From NCBI GenBank assembly GCA_964016885.1, contig OZ024746.1, positions 17,112,001-17,176,000 on the forward strand: a stretch of 64,000 bases of DNA, read 5' to 3'. Below the pieces are notes generated by a model that worked only from the letters and a program-made list of their open reading frames with translations, was not told where the DNA came from and did not search any database. The position numbers and the translations under genes are program-made. The stretch is from Eledone cirrhosa. Lineage: Eukaryota. Positions 29,183 to 42,223 of this stretch are shown in pieces; within the stretch, counting starts at the first letter, position 1; the number at the start of each line of letters is the position of its first letter.

Positions 29183-29480
29183 TATAAAGTGATTCAGGTT
29201 TACTGAGGAAGGTACCAATATTAGCACTCTATGAGGAAGGTACCAATATTAGCACTCTATGCTAAAGCAGAGTGTATATATTAAGTAGAACAAAGTGAGG
29301 TTTTACATTGACCTTTTTATTGATTAGGCTCAGTTACAAAAATTTCACAGATTGGGGCTGGAGTTGTGTATATAACACAAACATGAATCATGAGCCACTT
29401 GTCTGAAATGTTCGTAACTGAACCTAAGCAATAACATTCTTAATGTAAAACCTTGTTTTGTTTTTCTCAATATATATATA
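29183..29480. mobile_element. Diverged fold-back element in (TA)n
   Basis: Imperfect arms ~29275-29345/29405-29478 plus a tail containing AGCACTC. Confidence 0.5.
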
Positions 29481-29557
29481 TCTTCAGGGAGTGTAACATG
29501 AAGTTACTCTAGGTTCACGTCAGTAGCGAGGTGTAGAGCTAGACAGAGTGTAATATA

Positions 29558-29950
29558 ATAATTGTTTCTACTTTAGGCACAAGGCCAGCAATTACCCAGT
29601 GCATTACTGGTACTTTATTTTATCGACCCCGTAAGGATGAAAGGCAAAGTCAACCTCGGCGGGATTTGAACTCAGACATGTTAGAAAGCATGGCGTCCAA
29701 CCCTCTACCGATACTGCCAATTCACCGCTCTACAAGGAAGATTTCTTAAGCCTTCATTATGTTTGGATTGGCAGTATCGGTAAGGGTCGGAGGCCATGCT
29801 TTGAAGCATAGAGTTACCTCCCTTTATGATCTGAGTTCAAATCCCGCCGAGGTTAAATTTGCCTTTCATCCTTATGGGGTCGATAAAATAAAGTACCAGT
29901 AATGCACTGGGATAATTGCTGGCCTTGTGCCAAAAGTAGAAACAATTATG
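29558..29950. mobile_element. Head-to-head pair of a second SINE family
   Basis: GAGTTCAAATCCCGCCGAGGT...GCCTTTCATCCTTACGGGGTCGATAAAATAAAGTACCAG core; other copies at 471-650, 28885-28985, 35530-35722 and 36590-36700. Confidence 0.8.
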
Positions 29951-30419
29951 TTTATTGTTTGGTGACGTGTTTCACTATCGATCAGCTCAAGGTTCGATAT
30001 GGTTGGACCTCTGTTGTAGTAATATATATACCTAGGACAATATTATCTAATTTTACCTCTCTATTTTTAAGTTGGTGGAATGTGATTTCAGGGAGATTTG
30101 GCTGCTTTTTCTACCAGATATGGTGACCATGTACAGGTTTCTTATTGGCATGGCATACCCTGAAGTGAGTATAATTAGTTGTGGAGTGACAAAATTGGTA
30201 AAGTGCCAAAATATATACCTTGTACAGGTACAACACTAATTTTACAGCATCTGATGATATGGCACCTTTTATTCTGGACATAATTATGAGTGGGCGCTTG
30301 AAGTTCCTTTGACTCACCAGAGTAGTGAACTTGGTAGTCAGAGGTAGTGCTGTGTGTCAGTGGCTGTTGCAGCTCTCGTGAACTGAAGACATTTTTTGTT
30401 TTTGTTTTTTTAGTTTTGT

Positions 30420-30885
30420 ATCATCAGATCTGATCTGGCATCCAAATTGATCCAGCATCAGATCTGATGTCTGTATTATTAGTCAACACGACCAGACTGC
30501 CTGTATTATCAGATCGGATCAGATCTGATGTCTGTATTATTAATCAACACTATCAGATTACTGCCACCCAGTCCCAAGCTCATATAATGTGGCTTCATAT
30601 CAAGAAGGGTTCGCTGCGTTCCATTAGCCCCTAGCTCACACAATGTGATTTCGTACTGAGAAGGGTTCGTTGCATAGAGAGTGTCCGGCTCGGAAACTGG
30701 GATGCCACTGTGAGAAGGGTTCAGCGCAGCCAACTGGCCTATCTCTCCTCGTAGTGGTGTCACATGTGGTTTCATATTGAGAAGGGTTCGTTGCATGGAG
30801 CTTGCTCGGCTCCGATACTCGGGTGTCACTGTGAGAGGGGTTTTGTGAGGCCAACTGCCTTGTCTCTCCTCATAGTGGTGTCATC
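30420..30885. repeat. GC-richer degenerate tandem repeats (~60/121-bp period, GAGAAGGGTTCG core)
   Basis: Core recurs at about 30603, 30658, 30712, 30779 and 30833; a cagatctgatgtctgtattatt duplication lies upstream. Confidence 0.65.
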
Positions 30886-31319
30886 CAGTGCCGGGCTCCA
30901 AAAATTGTTGCTTTATGTATAAGAGGTAAATAAATAAATAAAAATTATTTACATTAATGATTATAATGATAAGGAAAATATATATAGTCTATGATTATTA
31001 TTAAGTAATCAATAATACTTAATGAAATGTAATAAAGAATTATTGAAATATTATGATATAAAAATATTATCATAATATAAAAATATTATAATAATATAAC
31101 TAATAGTTAATAATATACAAATGAAAATAAAGCACGAATATATCTAAATCCAATAACCACAATATAAAACAATTTTAATAAGAATGATATTAATAGCCAT
31201 AATAATAATATTAAGTACACACCAACCATAAGTCGATACTATTAACGATAAATGAAAATAAATTTAAACATGAAAAAAATAAATTTAAGTATGAAAAAAA
31301 TAAATTTAACCTCAAAAGA

Positions 31320-31810
31320 CTAAATACATATTTTAACCCACCATTTAATTTAAACATATCTTAGAATATACCCAAGCTATCCTTCTCTATAATAGATAAA
31401 ATCGCTCCACCTAGACATAGATACCCTAAACTAATTAATAAAAATACTATTAAACCCTCCTTCTCAACCATGCCTAATATAGCTGCACAATTAGCTTTTA
31501 GTAACAATAGGAAAATGAAAAACACATTAAATCTTTTAAAATCTAACCAAAATAACTACTTAACTAATTATAATAACAACCCACAACCTGGTATTATAAC
31601 TAGCCAAAACACTACTGCTAACCCTATAAATAATATGAACGACTGCAACACTTAATAATATTGACCAACGATCTATAATCCCCCATAATAATATAAACTC
31701 TATAATTAATTAAATTTTAACTGTAGAAATAAATTGATAATATAGTGTATGGTTGCATAGTTAATACATCTCAACACTAAACTATACATAGGAGCAACCT
31801 CAAATAGAGG
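31320..31810 (+). pseudogene. Penelope-like retroelement remnant (RT-to-GIY-YIG endonuclease region)
   Basis: Broken frames read FNPPF...PPRHRYPKLINKNTIKPSFSTMPNI...NCRN...NIVYGCIV...YIGATS, matching PLE motifs WFNPP, K.SYS.MPN and VY..YIG.T. Confidence 0.7.
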
Positions 31811-33240
31811 AGGAGAAGAAGAAGAAGAAGTCAACAGGTTAGAATTTATCTCATTTATTCATTATAAAATTGCTATTATATATATTTCGATGTTAACTTT
31901 ACAATTCAAAATAATTTATTTATGGAATATATCATGTAAATACAGTTTAATAGAAAAAGAAAAAAAAAGAAAATTTAGATTGAAAAGAAAGAATGGAATG
32001 TAAAATAGGAAAATATACAACAGTTACAACCTCGTCAGACAGCTATTAGTTGACCAGAAATAACAATAAAAAATAAAAATGACTTATGCTGTTTCAGTTC
32101 ATTGATATGACCCAGGCTGGTCATTGATGTTGCTTCTTCAAAGCACCAGTGACATGATTTAGAATAAATAAACTCACAACATCAACACAAAGGGTATACA
32201 AGGCCCCTAGCATTTGGTCAGAGATAGTTCCTCGAAAATATCACCCAAACTTTGTGACATGCTCTCTGTTTCCAACTTAGTCACTTCAGTCACAAACCCC
32301 GGTACTGCGGTCACCATGCAGAGGAAGATAAACAAATACCAGGGATTGTCTGTCTGCTTCCTCTTCACATTGGTCACCATCAAGACCTCAGGTGTACTTG
32401 GACCCTGTACTGTAGAGCTCCTCTGCATGATCAGAACGTTGAGGAAGGAACCCCACGAGGTGGGGTGGCTGTGGGGCACAACCCCATTACTGTCACACCC
32501 TAGGCCCAGAGCCCAAATCACCTACATCCTCCCCATTCTTCTGTGACTCCTTTCTGCCATTCCATTCCTTCTCAATCTAAATTTTCGTTTTGCTTTTTCT
32601 ATTAAACTGTATTAATGTCATTGTATACAAGAACCAGGTTATTTACAGATGCAGCAGAGATCATGTCAACAACAATAACAGTCAGGCTTCAGTGGCCACA
32701 GTGACAACATAATATAACCAGTCTAGCAGGTAGGTAGTACAAAACACATTAAGTGAGAATTAGTGTTGACATGTAGAAATAGAAAATGAAGTATAATAAA
32801 ATAAACTTAAGGTTGAAGATAGATGACCATTAAATAAATAAGAAATAGATCACAAGTGAAAAAGTAAGAGTAAATGGCACAGATGCAGAAACAAAAGACA
32901 ACCCACCCAACCAAAAAACAAAAAAAAAACAAAAAAAGTGAGATATGCTAAAAGTAACACAATTTGAATATCACAAAATCGATACTTGTTTAGAGATATA
33001 AAATATGTTTAAAATGTGTAAGATTTGTACAGGCAGGGAGGAGAAGGATATTCTTAAATGGGTTTGTCCCAATTAGAGGCAAGACTGTGTCTCACTCATT
33101 TCTATGGTTGAATGACTCTTCGTAACACCAACCACATTGACAGTGTGTGCTGAGTCTTTTTGCCGTGTCTTTTACACGTCCACTTTACAGTGTAAGCTGG
33201 GTGTTTGGGGGCTGGTTTTCTATGGCTGGATGCTCTTCCT

Positions 33241-33583
33241 CATGCCAACCACATTTACAGTGTGTGAAGGGTACTTTTTGTTGTGGCACCTAGTACAATT
33301 GCTAAAGAAAATGAATGGGAAAATGTGGTGCTCGATGTTAATACACACAAAGATATTTGCAAGTCAAAGATCCCAGCACAATCCTGAGATGTGGGTGCCA
33401 TTCCTGAAGATGGGGTAAATGTTAGCTAATCAGCCCTCAGGATTGTGCTGGGATCTTTGACTTGCAAATATCTTTGTGTGTATTAACATCGAGCACCACA
33501 TGTTCCCATTCATTTTCTTTAGCAATTGTACTAGGTGTCACAACAAAAAGTACCCTTCACACACTGTAAATGTGGTTGGCATG
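33241..33583. repeat. 148-bp near-perfect inverted repeat with 47-nt loop
   Basis: 33241-33388 is the reverse complement of 33436-33583. Confidence 0.9.
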
Positions 33584-33715
33584 TGGTGTCCCCAGCAACA
33601 ACAGTAACAGTCAGGCTTCAGTGGCCACAGTAGTAGTGACAACATAATATAACCAGTCTAGCAGGTAGGTAGTACAATACACATTAAGTGAGAATTAGTG
33701 TTGACATGTAGAAAT

Positions 33716-34057
33716 GGAGGCACATGGCTTACTGGTTAGAGCATTGGCCTTGCAATCGAAAGGTTGTGAGTTCAATTCTCAGACCGGGTGATGTGTTGTT
33801 TCCTTGAGCAAGACACTTTATTTCACATTGCTCCAGTTTACTCAGCTGTAGAAATGAGATGATAGGGACTGGGGTCCCTATCATTCCACTGCAAACTGGT
33901 CGTGGAGGTGCCACGGCAGAAAAGCACCCAGCACTCACTGTAAATGAGGTTGGTGTTAGGAAGGGCATCCAGCTGTAGAAATCAAGCCAGAATCAGTTTC
34001 CGTCCCACCCTTGCAAGCAGGGAAAGGTGGACATAAAATGAAATGATGATGATGATA
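33716..34057 (+). mobile_element. tRNA-derived SINE, full length, (ATG)n tail
   Basis: A-box-like TGGCTTACTGG and B-box-like GAGTTCAATTC; near-identical copies at 10776-11115 (-) and 37963-38165 (-, partial). Confidence 0.85.
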
Positions 34058-35012
34058 TATATTGAAAGGATAACAAGGACGATTGGTTACTCCTTCATTT
34101 CATTTATTGGTAGGTAACGTGCGTTTCGCCACTGATCAGCTCAAGGTTCGATCTGTATCGATCTTACCCGACTCAATAATCGGCAGCTCGACGGACCCTT
34201 TAAAATGCTATAAGAAAATGAATACATGCTATGTGATAAAGTCAGGAGTTCATAAGGTGTACAATATGAGTTGTTTTGATTGGTGAAAAAGATCATAGGG
34301 ATGTATTGGCTTGTAGTGTATGTGGGGGTGGATGTGATGATAAGATGTTGGTGACGGTCGCTGGCTGCGATGGGCTGTGATGTGGGAGTGGCAGATTGAC
34401 TTTCGCCTGTAGTGTATGTGGGATGGATGTGATGATAGGGTAGTGGCGACATTCGCTGACTGAGATGGGTTGTGGATTGTCGGTAGACAGGTTGGCGTAT
34501 GTTTTTGGCTGGTTATTGTGTTGGGTGTGGTTGTGGTGTTGTTGTTTATGGTAGTGGCATTTGTGGTGGATGTGTTGGTGGTGTCAAGTTCATGGGGAGG
34601 TACATATCTAGACACAAATAATTTGTATATATATACATGCGCATATGTACTGACATATATACATACACACCTATACACACACACATACATGCGCCCACAT
34701 ACATCCACACGTACATATATCTATATGCATATATGCACACACATATATATATATATGCTCATGCGCGCGTGTGGTTATATAGAGAGAGGGGGAGTATCGG
34801 TGGGGGTGGCGTAGTATAAAGATAGAGGGAGGGTGAGAGCCAATGGAGATGGTGTTGTACATATAGACATACACATACATACACACAGATATACACATAC
34901 ATATACACACACACACATATATATACGCACACATATATAAAAATACTTACACACGGACACACACTTGCGTTGGTTCGAAAGGGAAGGTATGTGTGGCGAT
35001 GTTAATGACTGT

Positions 35013-35073
<61 letters not shown>

Positions 35074-35129
35074 GAGTGCTGGTCCAAACACTCGCTGCTG
35101 TTACGGGGTCCATCTCTTCTTGGGTTGTG

Positions 35130-35440
35130 CTTCAGAAGTATACACAGCTCGGAGAGAGGCTGAAGAAAGAAAGTTTTCTAATGTCTTGAGACATGGAACA
35201 GAGACGTGAAGTGTTCTGCATTGCAAGGCAGTGTGTGAATTGTGATATTGTTGGGGAAAAGTGTGTTAGAAACGACACTGATGTATTTAGCACCACTGAT
35301 GCTCAAAATAAAAAGGCCTGGAAATGCTTCTATGAGAGACTGATGAAAGTAGAGAATAAATGGAAGAAAAACTACCCCGAACCCACCCAACAGAAGGGTC
35401 AACCATTGAAGTTAACAGTTGTAGGATTAAAGAAGCAACC
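35130..35440 (+). mobile_element. RTE LINE fragment
   Basis: EVFCIARQC...VGEKCVRND, homologous to 22700-22850. Confidence 0.7.
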
Positions 35441-38217
35441 AAATAAGCAAGTAGGACCGTCAAACCCACAAATCCAAATGCAGACACACCCAGAACAAAT
35501 GCAAGCAATCATCAAATGCCCTATATGTAAATAATTGTTTCTACAATAGGCACAAGGGCAGCAATTATCTCAGTGTATTACTGGTTCTTTATTTTATCGA
35601 CCCCGGTTAGGATGAAAGGCAAAGTTAACCTCGACGGGATTTGAACTCAGAATGGCAAAGGCCGTAACTCTATGCGTCAAAGCATGGCGTCCGACCCTCT
35701 ACCGATACTGCCAATTCACCACACTCAGAAAACAGGACCAACAGTAAACAAAAGATCTAGTGGACAAGACCATCGGATCCCAAACTCGTAAATTATACAT
35801 TTTTAAATCAAAGCAACTCATAAACTAAATGTCTATACTAGAACTAAGACATCCTCCATAATCCCTACCCTAGACATCATCTATATTTCCTAACCCTTAA
35901 TCCACTCTAAATATGAGTATGGGGGAGACGGACATTTTCAAGCTGCAGCTGTCAATTATGCTGTTTCTGTATAAGTATCAACATTAAACAATATTATTAC
36001 CTGCAGTAACTACAACCCCATTACGTAACAGGCCTTACTCCACCACCACCTGTATACTCTTGACCTTAAACCCTTAAATAATCCTCCAAGTTGGTGTGAT
36101 GTTGCATATCAGGAGGCCCAGATCTCACAACATAACATAAAAAACTAAATACATATGTAACGGAATACTCCTGTTTTACCTGGCGAAGATTCAAAACCGA
36201 ATCTGAGGGTTCTCACCTCTAAAACCACCTATTGTTGGGAGTTCCCACCATTGTCCTGTCAAGAGACAACTATGATAAACGTATATACCACTTGACCTGT
36301 GACCCCAGGCTCTTGACTGGTGAAACGCACATGGCTACTCCTAAATCAACCCATATACACATCCTTCTAACTATAGGGTTAGTATAAATACAAGCACTTT
36401 GAGAGTCCACCAGAGAGACCACGAAGCAGCAGTCTGTGAGAGGTTAACAATGTAGCACATTCACTTTCTACAGACCTCTCTTTCCTGGCCTTACAAGTTC
36501 TCACATTTCATACCAGCTCGGCAGATTGACCAAATACAGGATAAACACAAACACACACACAGTAGATTTCATTATATTTTTTCCCTACTACAAATCCCGC
36601 CGAGGTTAACTTTGCCTTTCATCCTTACGGGGTCGATAAAATAAAGTACCAGTAATGTACTGGGTATTTACTGGCCTTGTGCCAAAAGTAGAAACAATTA
36701 TATTTTTTCCCTACTTCAATTTATCTATTCCTTCAGCTTCCTGTCATTTCACTTCTATTGTATCGTTTTATTGATACATGCATACAGGCTAGCTTGAAGT
36801 AGTTAGTAAGAAAATAATTTAGTGATAATTGCTGTCACGATTTTATTACTCAACATTCAATGTACCAACAAGTGAATTTTGTTATTGTAAAATAAACATT
36901 GTCAACATCACAATTCTGGCATCATTCTTTTTTATCATTCATCCTGAAAAGAATACATCTATCCACTACATAATGGTGATCCCCATCACTACACATATAT
37001 ATATCACACTGTAAAGTATTTGTGCAGGTGCCATAACAAAGAGTACCCAGCACACATTGTAGATGCATTTGGTGTTAGGAAGAACATCCAGTTGTAGAAA
37101 CCAAACCAAAATCAGTTCTGTATGAGCAAGACATGGTCATGTAACCTGGCTTGTCTCACAATGACTCAACTCATGGAAAATATACAGAATTAAATCACAA
37201 TATAAATGAAAAGCTGAAATGAAATCAAAGCTCTCCTCAGAGTGTCATAGGTTCTTCAGAACTTAAAAAAATGATTGGTGTTAGGAAGAGCATCAATCCA
37301 TAAAAAAGCCAGCCAAATATAGAAAGTGTGAGTAAGACATAATCACCTGATCTGTCTGGCCTCAATGGAACAGCCATCTAATCCATGCAAGCATGGAAAA
37401 ATAGATGTTAAATGGTGAGGATGGAGATGATGTAAATGGCCATAATTAGATACAAGTACAACACTGATTTTACAATACCTTTGGTTCCTGACCAATGCTA
37501 AATTAGCACTAACATAGTATTGTGCATATAAAAATATATACAATGTGATTCTGTAAAATAACCATGTTAAAGCCTTAATATGAAAGAATAAAAAAATGTC
37601 ACTCTAAAAATATTCTTTTGGGGCAGTGCTCACATCTCTGTGGCTGGTGAGAAGCCAACAGCTGTTTCATGTTTGGTTAATCTTTCATCAGGAACACTCA
37701 CTCAAATGATACTGAGATGAAAATGGATTAAAGCCTTTGTAGATTTTGTGAATTGAACATTTTCTGGAAATGCTCATTTGCATATATATATATATATATA
37801 TACAGTTGTCCCCCCAGTATTTGCAGACATTACGTTCCTTGAGCACCCGCGAAGAGTGAAACACCATGAATACTGGACGTGGTCCATAAATATGCCTATA
37901 AATGTCAAAACATAACATAAAATATAGGCTGGCAACTACAGTATATTGTTATTAATAATTTAGCCGTGGCACCTCCACGACCACTTTGCAGTGGAATGAT
38001 AGGGACCCCAGTCCCTATCATCTCATTTCTACAGCTGAGTAAACTGGAGCAATGTAAAATAAAGTGTCTTGCTCAAGGAAACAACACATCACCCGGTCTG
38101 AGAATTGAACTCACAACCTTTCGATTGCAAAGCGAATGCTCTAACCACTAAGCCATGTGCCTCCATATATATGTATATGTGTGTGTATGTGTCTATTCAC
38201 ACACACATAAACACACA

Positions 38218-38365
<148 letters not shown>

Positions 38366-38493
38366 AAGTTATATTTAAAATTGTTGGGTTACAACTAGTA
38401 AATATTTATAACTGATATAAAAGCACTCGACAAATATTTGGAGTATATTTACAATATTAAATAAATGGAAAACTATATTTATAAAACCATATT

Positions 38494-38559
38494 TATTTCA
38501 TTATATATATTTCGGGGATATCATATTAACAATATGCTATGCCTTCATCAGACAAAATA
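38494..38559 (-). ncRNA. Minimal type I hammerhead ribozyme motif
   Basis: Exact mirror of 38714-38779. Confidence 0.72.
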
Positions 38560-38713
38560 CAATATAAACAGTTTTATAGATAAATATATTCGACATACCG
38601 TAATAAACATCAACTTCCTTTGAAGAGGTTTACGCTAGCGTAAACCTCTTCAAATGAAGTTGATGTTTATTACGGTATGTCGAATATATTTATCTATAAA
38701 ACTGTTTATATTG

Positions 38714-38779
38714 TATTTTGTCTGATGAAGGCATAGCATATTGTTAATATGATATCCCCGAAATATATATAATGAAATA
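38714..38779 (+). ncRNA. Minimal type I hammerhead ribozyme motif
   Basis: tattttgt-CTGATGA-aggcatagcatatt..aatatgatatcccc-GAAA-t[atat]a-TA|atgaaata. Confidence 0.72.
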
Positions 38780-39069
38780 AATATGGTTTTATAAATATAG
38801 TTTTCCATTTATTTAATATTGTATATATATATATATATATATATTGGTAAACGGAATAGAAAATGCTGACAAATTGTTCACAGTTAAAAAAGGGTTTAAT
38901 TAGGAATAAAAGAGTATTAGTGATTGTATGGGTTAGTATTCAGTTGTGGTTTTAAGTTTTTACCGGTTACGCATTTCTAAATGCTTTTCAAAAATAATTT
39001 TGAGATAGAGTGTCCGTGCTGTTTGCTCTGATCTGTTACACCTCTATTCTTTTAACTATATATATATGT

Positions 39070-40298
39070 TAAGTATGGGTGCATAAAAGATGTAGTGGGA
39101 TCACAGGTAAGCTAACTAAGAACATAGATTTTACATGTGGCCGGTGCTCTGGTGCAATAAGTAGCAGCAAGTGCCCACAAAATACTAGCTCCTTCAACTG
39201 CGCAGAGGGTTCTATAGAAATAGTGGACAGCTTCCATTACCTGGGTGACAAAATCAGCAGTGGGGGAGGGTGCTCTGAAAGTACAGTAGCTAGAGTCAGA
39301 ACTGGATGGAAAAAGTTCAGAGAGCTTATACCACTATTAGCCGCTAGAGGGTTCTCCCTAAAAATGAAAGGCAGGTTATACGATGCCTGCATACGAACAG
39401 CAATGCTGCATGGCAGTGAGACCTGGGCATTGTGTGCAGAGGATATACGCAGACTAGAGAGGAACGAAACTTGCATGCTCCGCTGGATGTGCAATAGTAA
39501 TATACGTGAACGGCAAAGCATAAACGAACTAAGGAAAAAATTAGAAATAAGAGGGATCAGATGTTGTTTACTCGAGAGAAGGCTACGTTGGTACGGTCAA
39601 GTGATGCGCATGAAAGACGACAGCTGTATAACAAAGTGCAGGGCAATAAAGATAGACGATAGCCACGGAGTAGGCAGACCCAGAAAAACACGGGACGAGC
39701 TGATAAATTCCGACCTCACACGCTTACACCTCTCCAAGACAATGTCACTGGACCGAGACCTTTGGCGGTACTCAGTAATAGAGAAGACCCGCCTTACCTA
39801 AATACAAAGTAAAAACCTACTGCAGTCATTAGGCATCTCTATCAAAACACACCCCCGTCCCACCACCTCCACCCCATCCACACCGCCCCTTTCAATGTAA
39901 AGTTATGTTGGTCCCACAACATCCAGGCCGAAACAAATGAGATCGTGTAGGTGTCACGACAAAAAAACACACAGTCCACGCTGTAATGTGGCCGTGTAGG
40001 CAACACGGTAAAAACCTCCCAGCCCCACACTGTAAATGTGGTTGGTGTTAGGAAGGGCATCCAGCTGTAGAAAACCCGCCAGACAGTCCATGCTGTAATG
40101 TGGCCGTGTAGGCAACACGGTAAAAACCTCCCAGCCCCACACTGTAAATGTAGTTGGTGTTAGGAAGGGCATCCAACTGTAGAAAACCCGCCAGACAGTC
40201 CTATGCGAGCAAGACAACCACTCTTGCCTCAAGTGGGAAAACCCCCGTCCAAACCCATGCAAGCGTGGAACACGGACGCTAAACCTGATGATGATGAT

Positions 40299-40300
<2 letters not shown>
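39070..40300 (+). mobile_element. RTE-clade LINE 3' end with 3' UTR and (TGA)n tail
   Basis: 240-aa ORF (F.YLG, HGSETW, RRLRW.G.V.R, GRPRKT); 3' UTR has an ~112-bp tandem duplication. Confidence 0.88.
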
Positions 40301-40336
<36 letters not shown>

Positions 40337-40339
40337 TAT

Positions 40340-40700
40340 ACAATATTAAATAAATGGAAACTATATTTATAAAACCATATCTATTTCATTATATATATTT
40401 CAGGGATATCATATTAACAATATGCTATGCCTTCCTCAGACAAAATACAATATAAACAGTTTTATAGATAAATAGATTTGACATACCGTACAACATCGAT
40501 TTGTATTTGAAAAGTTGAATTGGCAGTATGATTGGCAATATGATATCCCTGAAATATATATAATGAAATAGATATGGTTTTATAAATATAGTTTCCATTT
40601 ATTTAATATCGTAAATATACTCCAAATACTTGTCGAGTGCTTTTATATCAGTTATAAATATTTACTAGTTGTAACCCAACAATTTAAATATAACTTTCCA
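40340..40700. mobile_element. Fold-back element in (TA)n (family 2), opposite orientation
   Basis: Same arms and tail as 38363-38823; abuts the end of the Csk duplication. Confidence 0.75.
40382..40447 (-). ncRNA. Minimal type I hammerhead ribozyme motif
   Basis: Same family as 38714; core CTGAGGA...GAAAtatatatA. Confidence 0.68.
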
Positions 40701-41205
40701 TATATATATATATATATATATATACTTCATTACTTCTACATAATTCCACACAGCCATCAGCACACACATACACTCTCATAAACATACACACATGCAAACA
40801 TGTACACCCGTTGATATAACGTCTGAATTATGTGTTAGTTATAAATGTTTAGTTATAACATCCGGTAAAGAAAAAAGAAAGAAACAAAGACGGTTTAGAT
40901 TCCAGATTGGAAGATGAAAGAATATTTTTTAGGGGTTGGCCACAGCAGTATTGAGGGTAGTGTCGACAATTTTAGTTGCAGCAGCAGCATATGATGGTTA
41001 CAAAAGGAAAATAAAATTAAATCATAAGACAAGAAAATAATATGAAGATCAATGAATGAGAGGAGGGGGGGGGAGAAGAAAACAAATGTTTGTTTGTTTG
41101 TTTTTTTTTCTTCTCTTTATTTAAATTGTTTTATTGATTTGTTTAATTTTTGTTTTGTTTTGTTTTTTCCATTTCCTTCTCCATTTCATCATCATCATCA
41201 TCATT

Positions 41206-41400
41206 TTACGTCTGCTTTTCCCTGCTTACAGAGGTTGGACGTAAATTGTGCAGCATGCTTAAGATGTCCTGGAACAACGGCCGATGATTTGGTTCTATAT
41301 CCCAGGTGTGTCGCATGATTCGGTATATTTCAGGAGGACAGCCATCGGGGGTTTCCAATCTGTAGCCCCTTTCGACATGTTGTACAACTTCAGTAAGAGG
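41206..41400 (-). CDS. Csk: Csk copy B last coding exon (SINE-derived C-terminus)
   Basis: PLTEVVQHVERGYRLETPDGCPPEIY...HNLRPTSVSREKQT*; acceptor identical to copy A. Confidence 0.88.
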   Translation of the reverse strand, partial: PLTEVVQHVERGYRLETPDGCPPEIYRIMRHTWDIEPNHRPLFQDILSMLHNLRPTSVSREKQT

Positions 41401-41991
41401 CTGCCAAACAGAAACAAAGGAAAGAAAGAAAAAAAAAATAGAAATAAGCATTCAAGGGAAAATGTTGGTAAAAAATCAAATTTATAATGAATGAAACTTT
41501 TTGATACCAACCTGGCTGAAGCCACTCCTGCCTTTTCAATATGTTGTAACTTATATTAATCCATTACCATATTTATAATGAAACACACTATCTATGCTTA
41601 TTAAGTTGGGGGTTGGAACATAACTTAACAAAGGTTCTTACATAAAATTATGATGGTAGGGTTTTAGATAAATATAAACATTCTAATACAGTTTTGTATC
41701 TTAAAACCAAGATGATAACAAAAGGGTCAACAGAGAGTAAGATAAAGAATATTTTGTGCATTATGAATATTGAAATAATTTCTAGTTGAAGAGATGGGCT
41801 CTAGATGCAGCTTAGCAAAAACCAAGTATTTCTAAAAATGGCTCTCTCTTCCACAATAAAATAAAACTATGCTTTATGGGTAGTAATTTATTTTAAATAA
41901 GATCTCTAATATGTGCAGGTACAACAAAAAGCAAAGTCAAATTTACAGACATTTGTCTTAATATAAATATATATATGGAAAATCATAAATA

Positions 41992-42023
<32 letters not shown>

Positions 42024-42027
42024 GATG

Positions 42028-42223
42028 CAGACCTGTCAACTTTCCCCATCAGATGGGGGAGATCTCCCACCGAATTTGGGGTGGGTGAGAGATGTCTTCT
42101 CTTGTGAAAATGGGTATAGCTTTCATTGTCTAAAATCTCCCCATTTTGCCTCATTTCTCCCCGTTTTGAGGATTTTTTTTTCATAGTACTCTTGATTTGG
42201 GTTTTTAGAAGTTGGCAGGTCTA
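42028..42223. mobile_element. Probable MITE
   Basis: Terminal inverted repeats agacctgtcaactt / aagttggcaggtct. Confidence 0.5.

Noticed and set aside
33716-33790. tRNA gene
   Set aside because: The A/B boxes belong to a SINE head that continues into the SINE body and tail; no complete cloverleaf.
34105-34200. Functional hammerhead on the minus strand (also ~9640-9690 and 61140-61262)
   Set aside because: Core mutated (CCGTCGA, CTGGAGA, CCAAAGA); counted only as degenerate relics.
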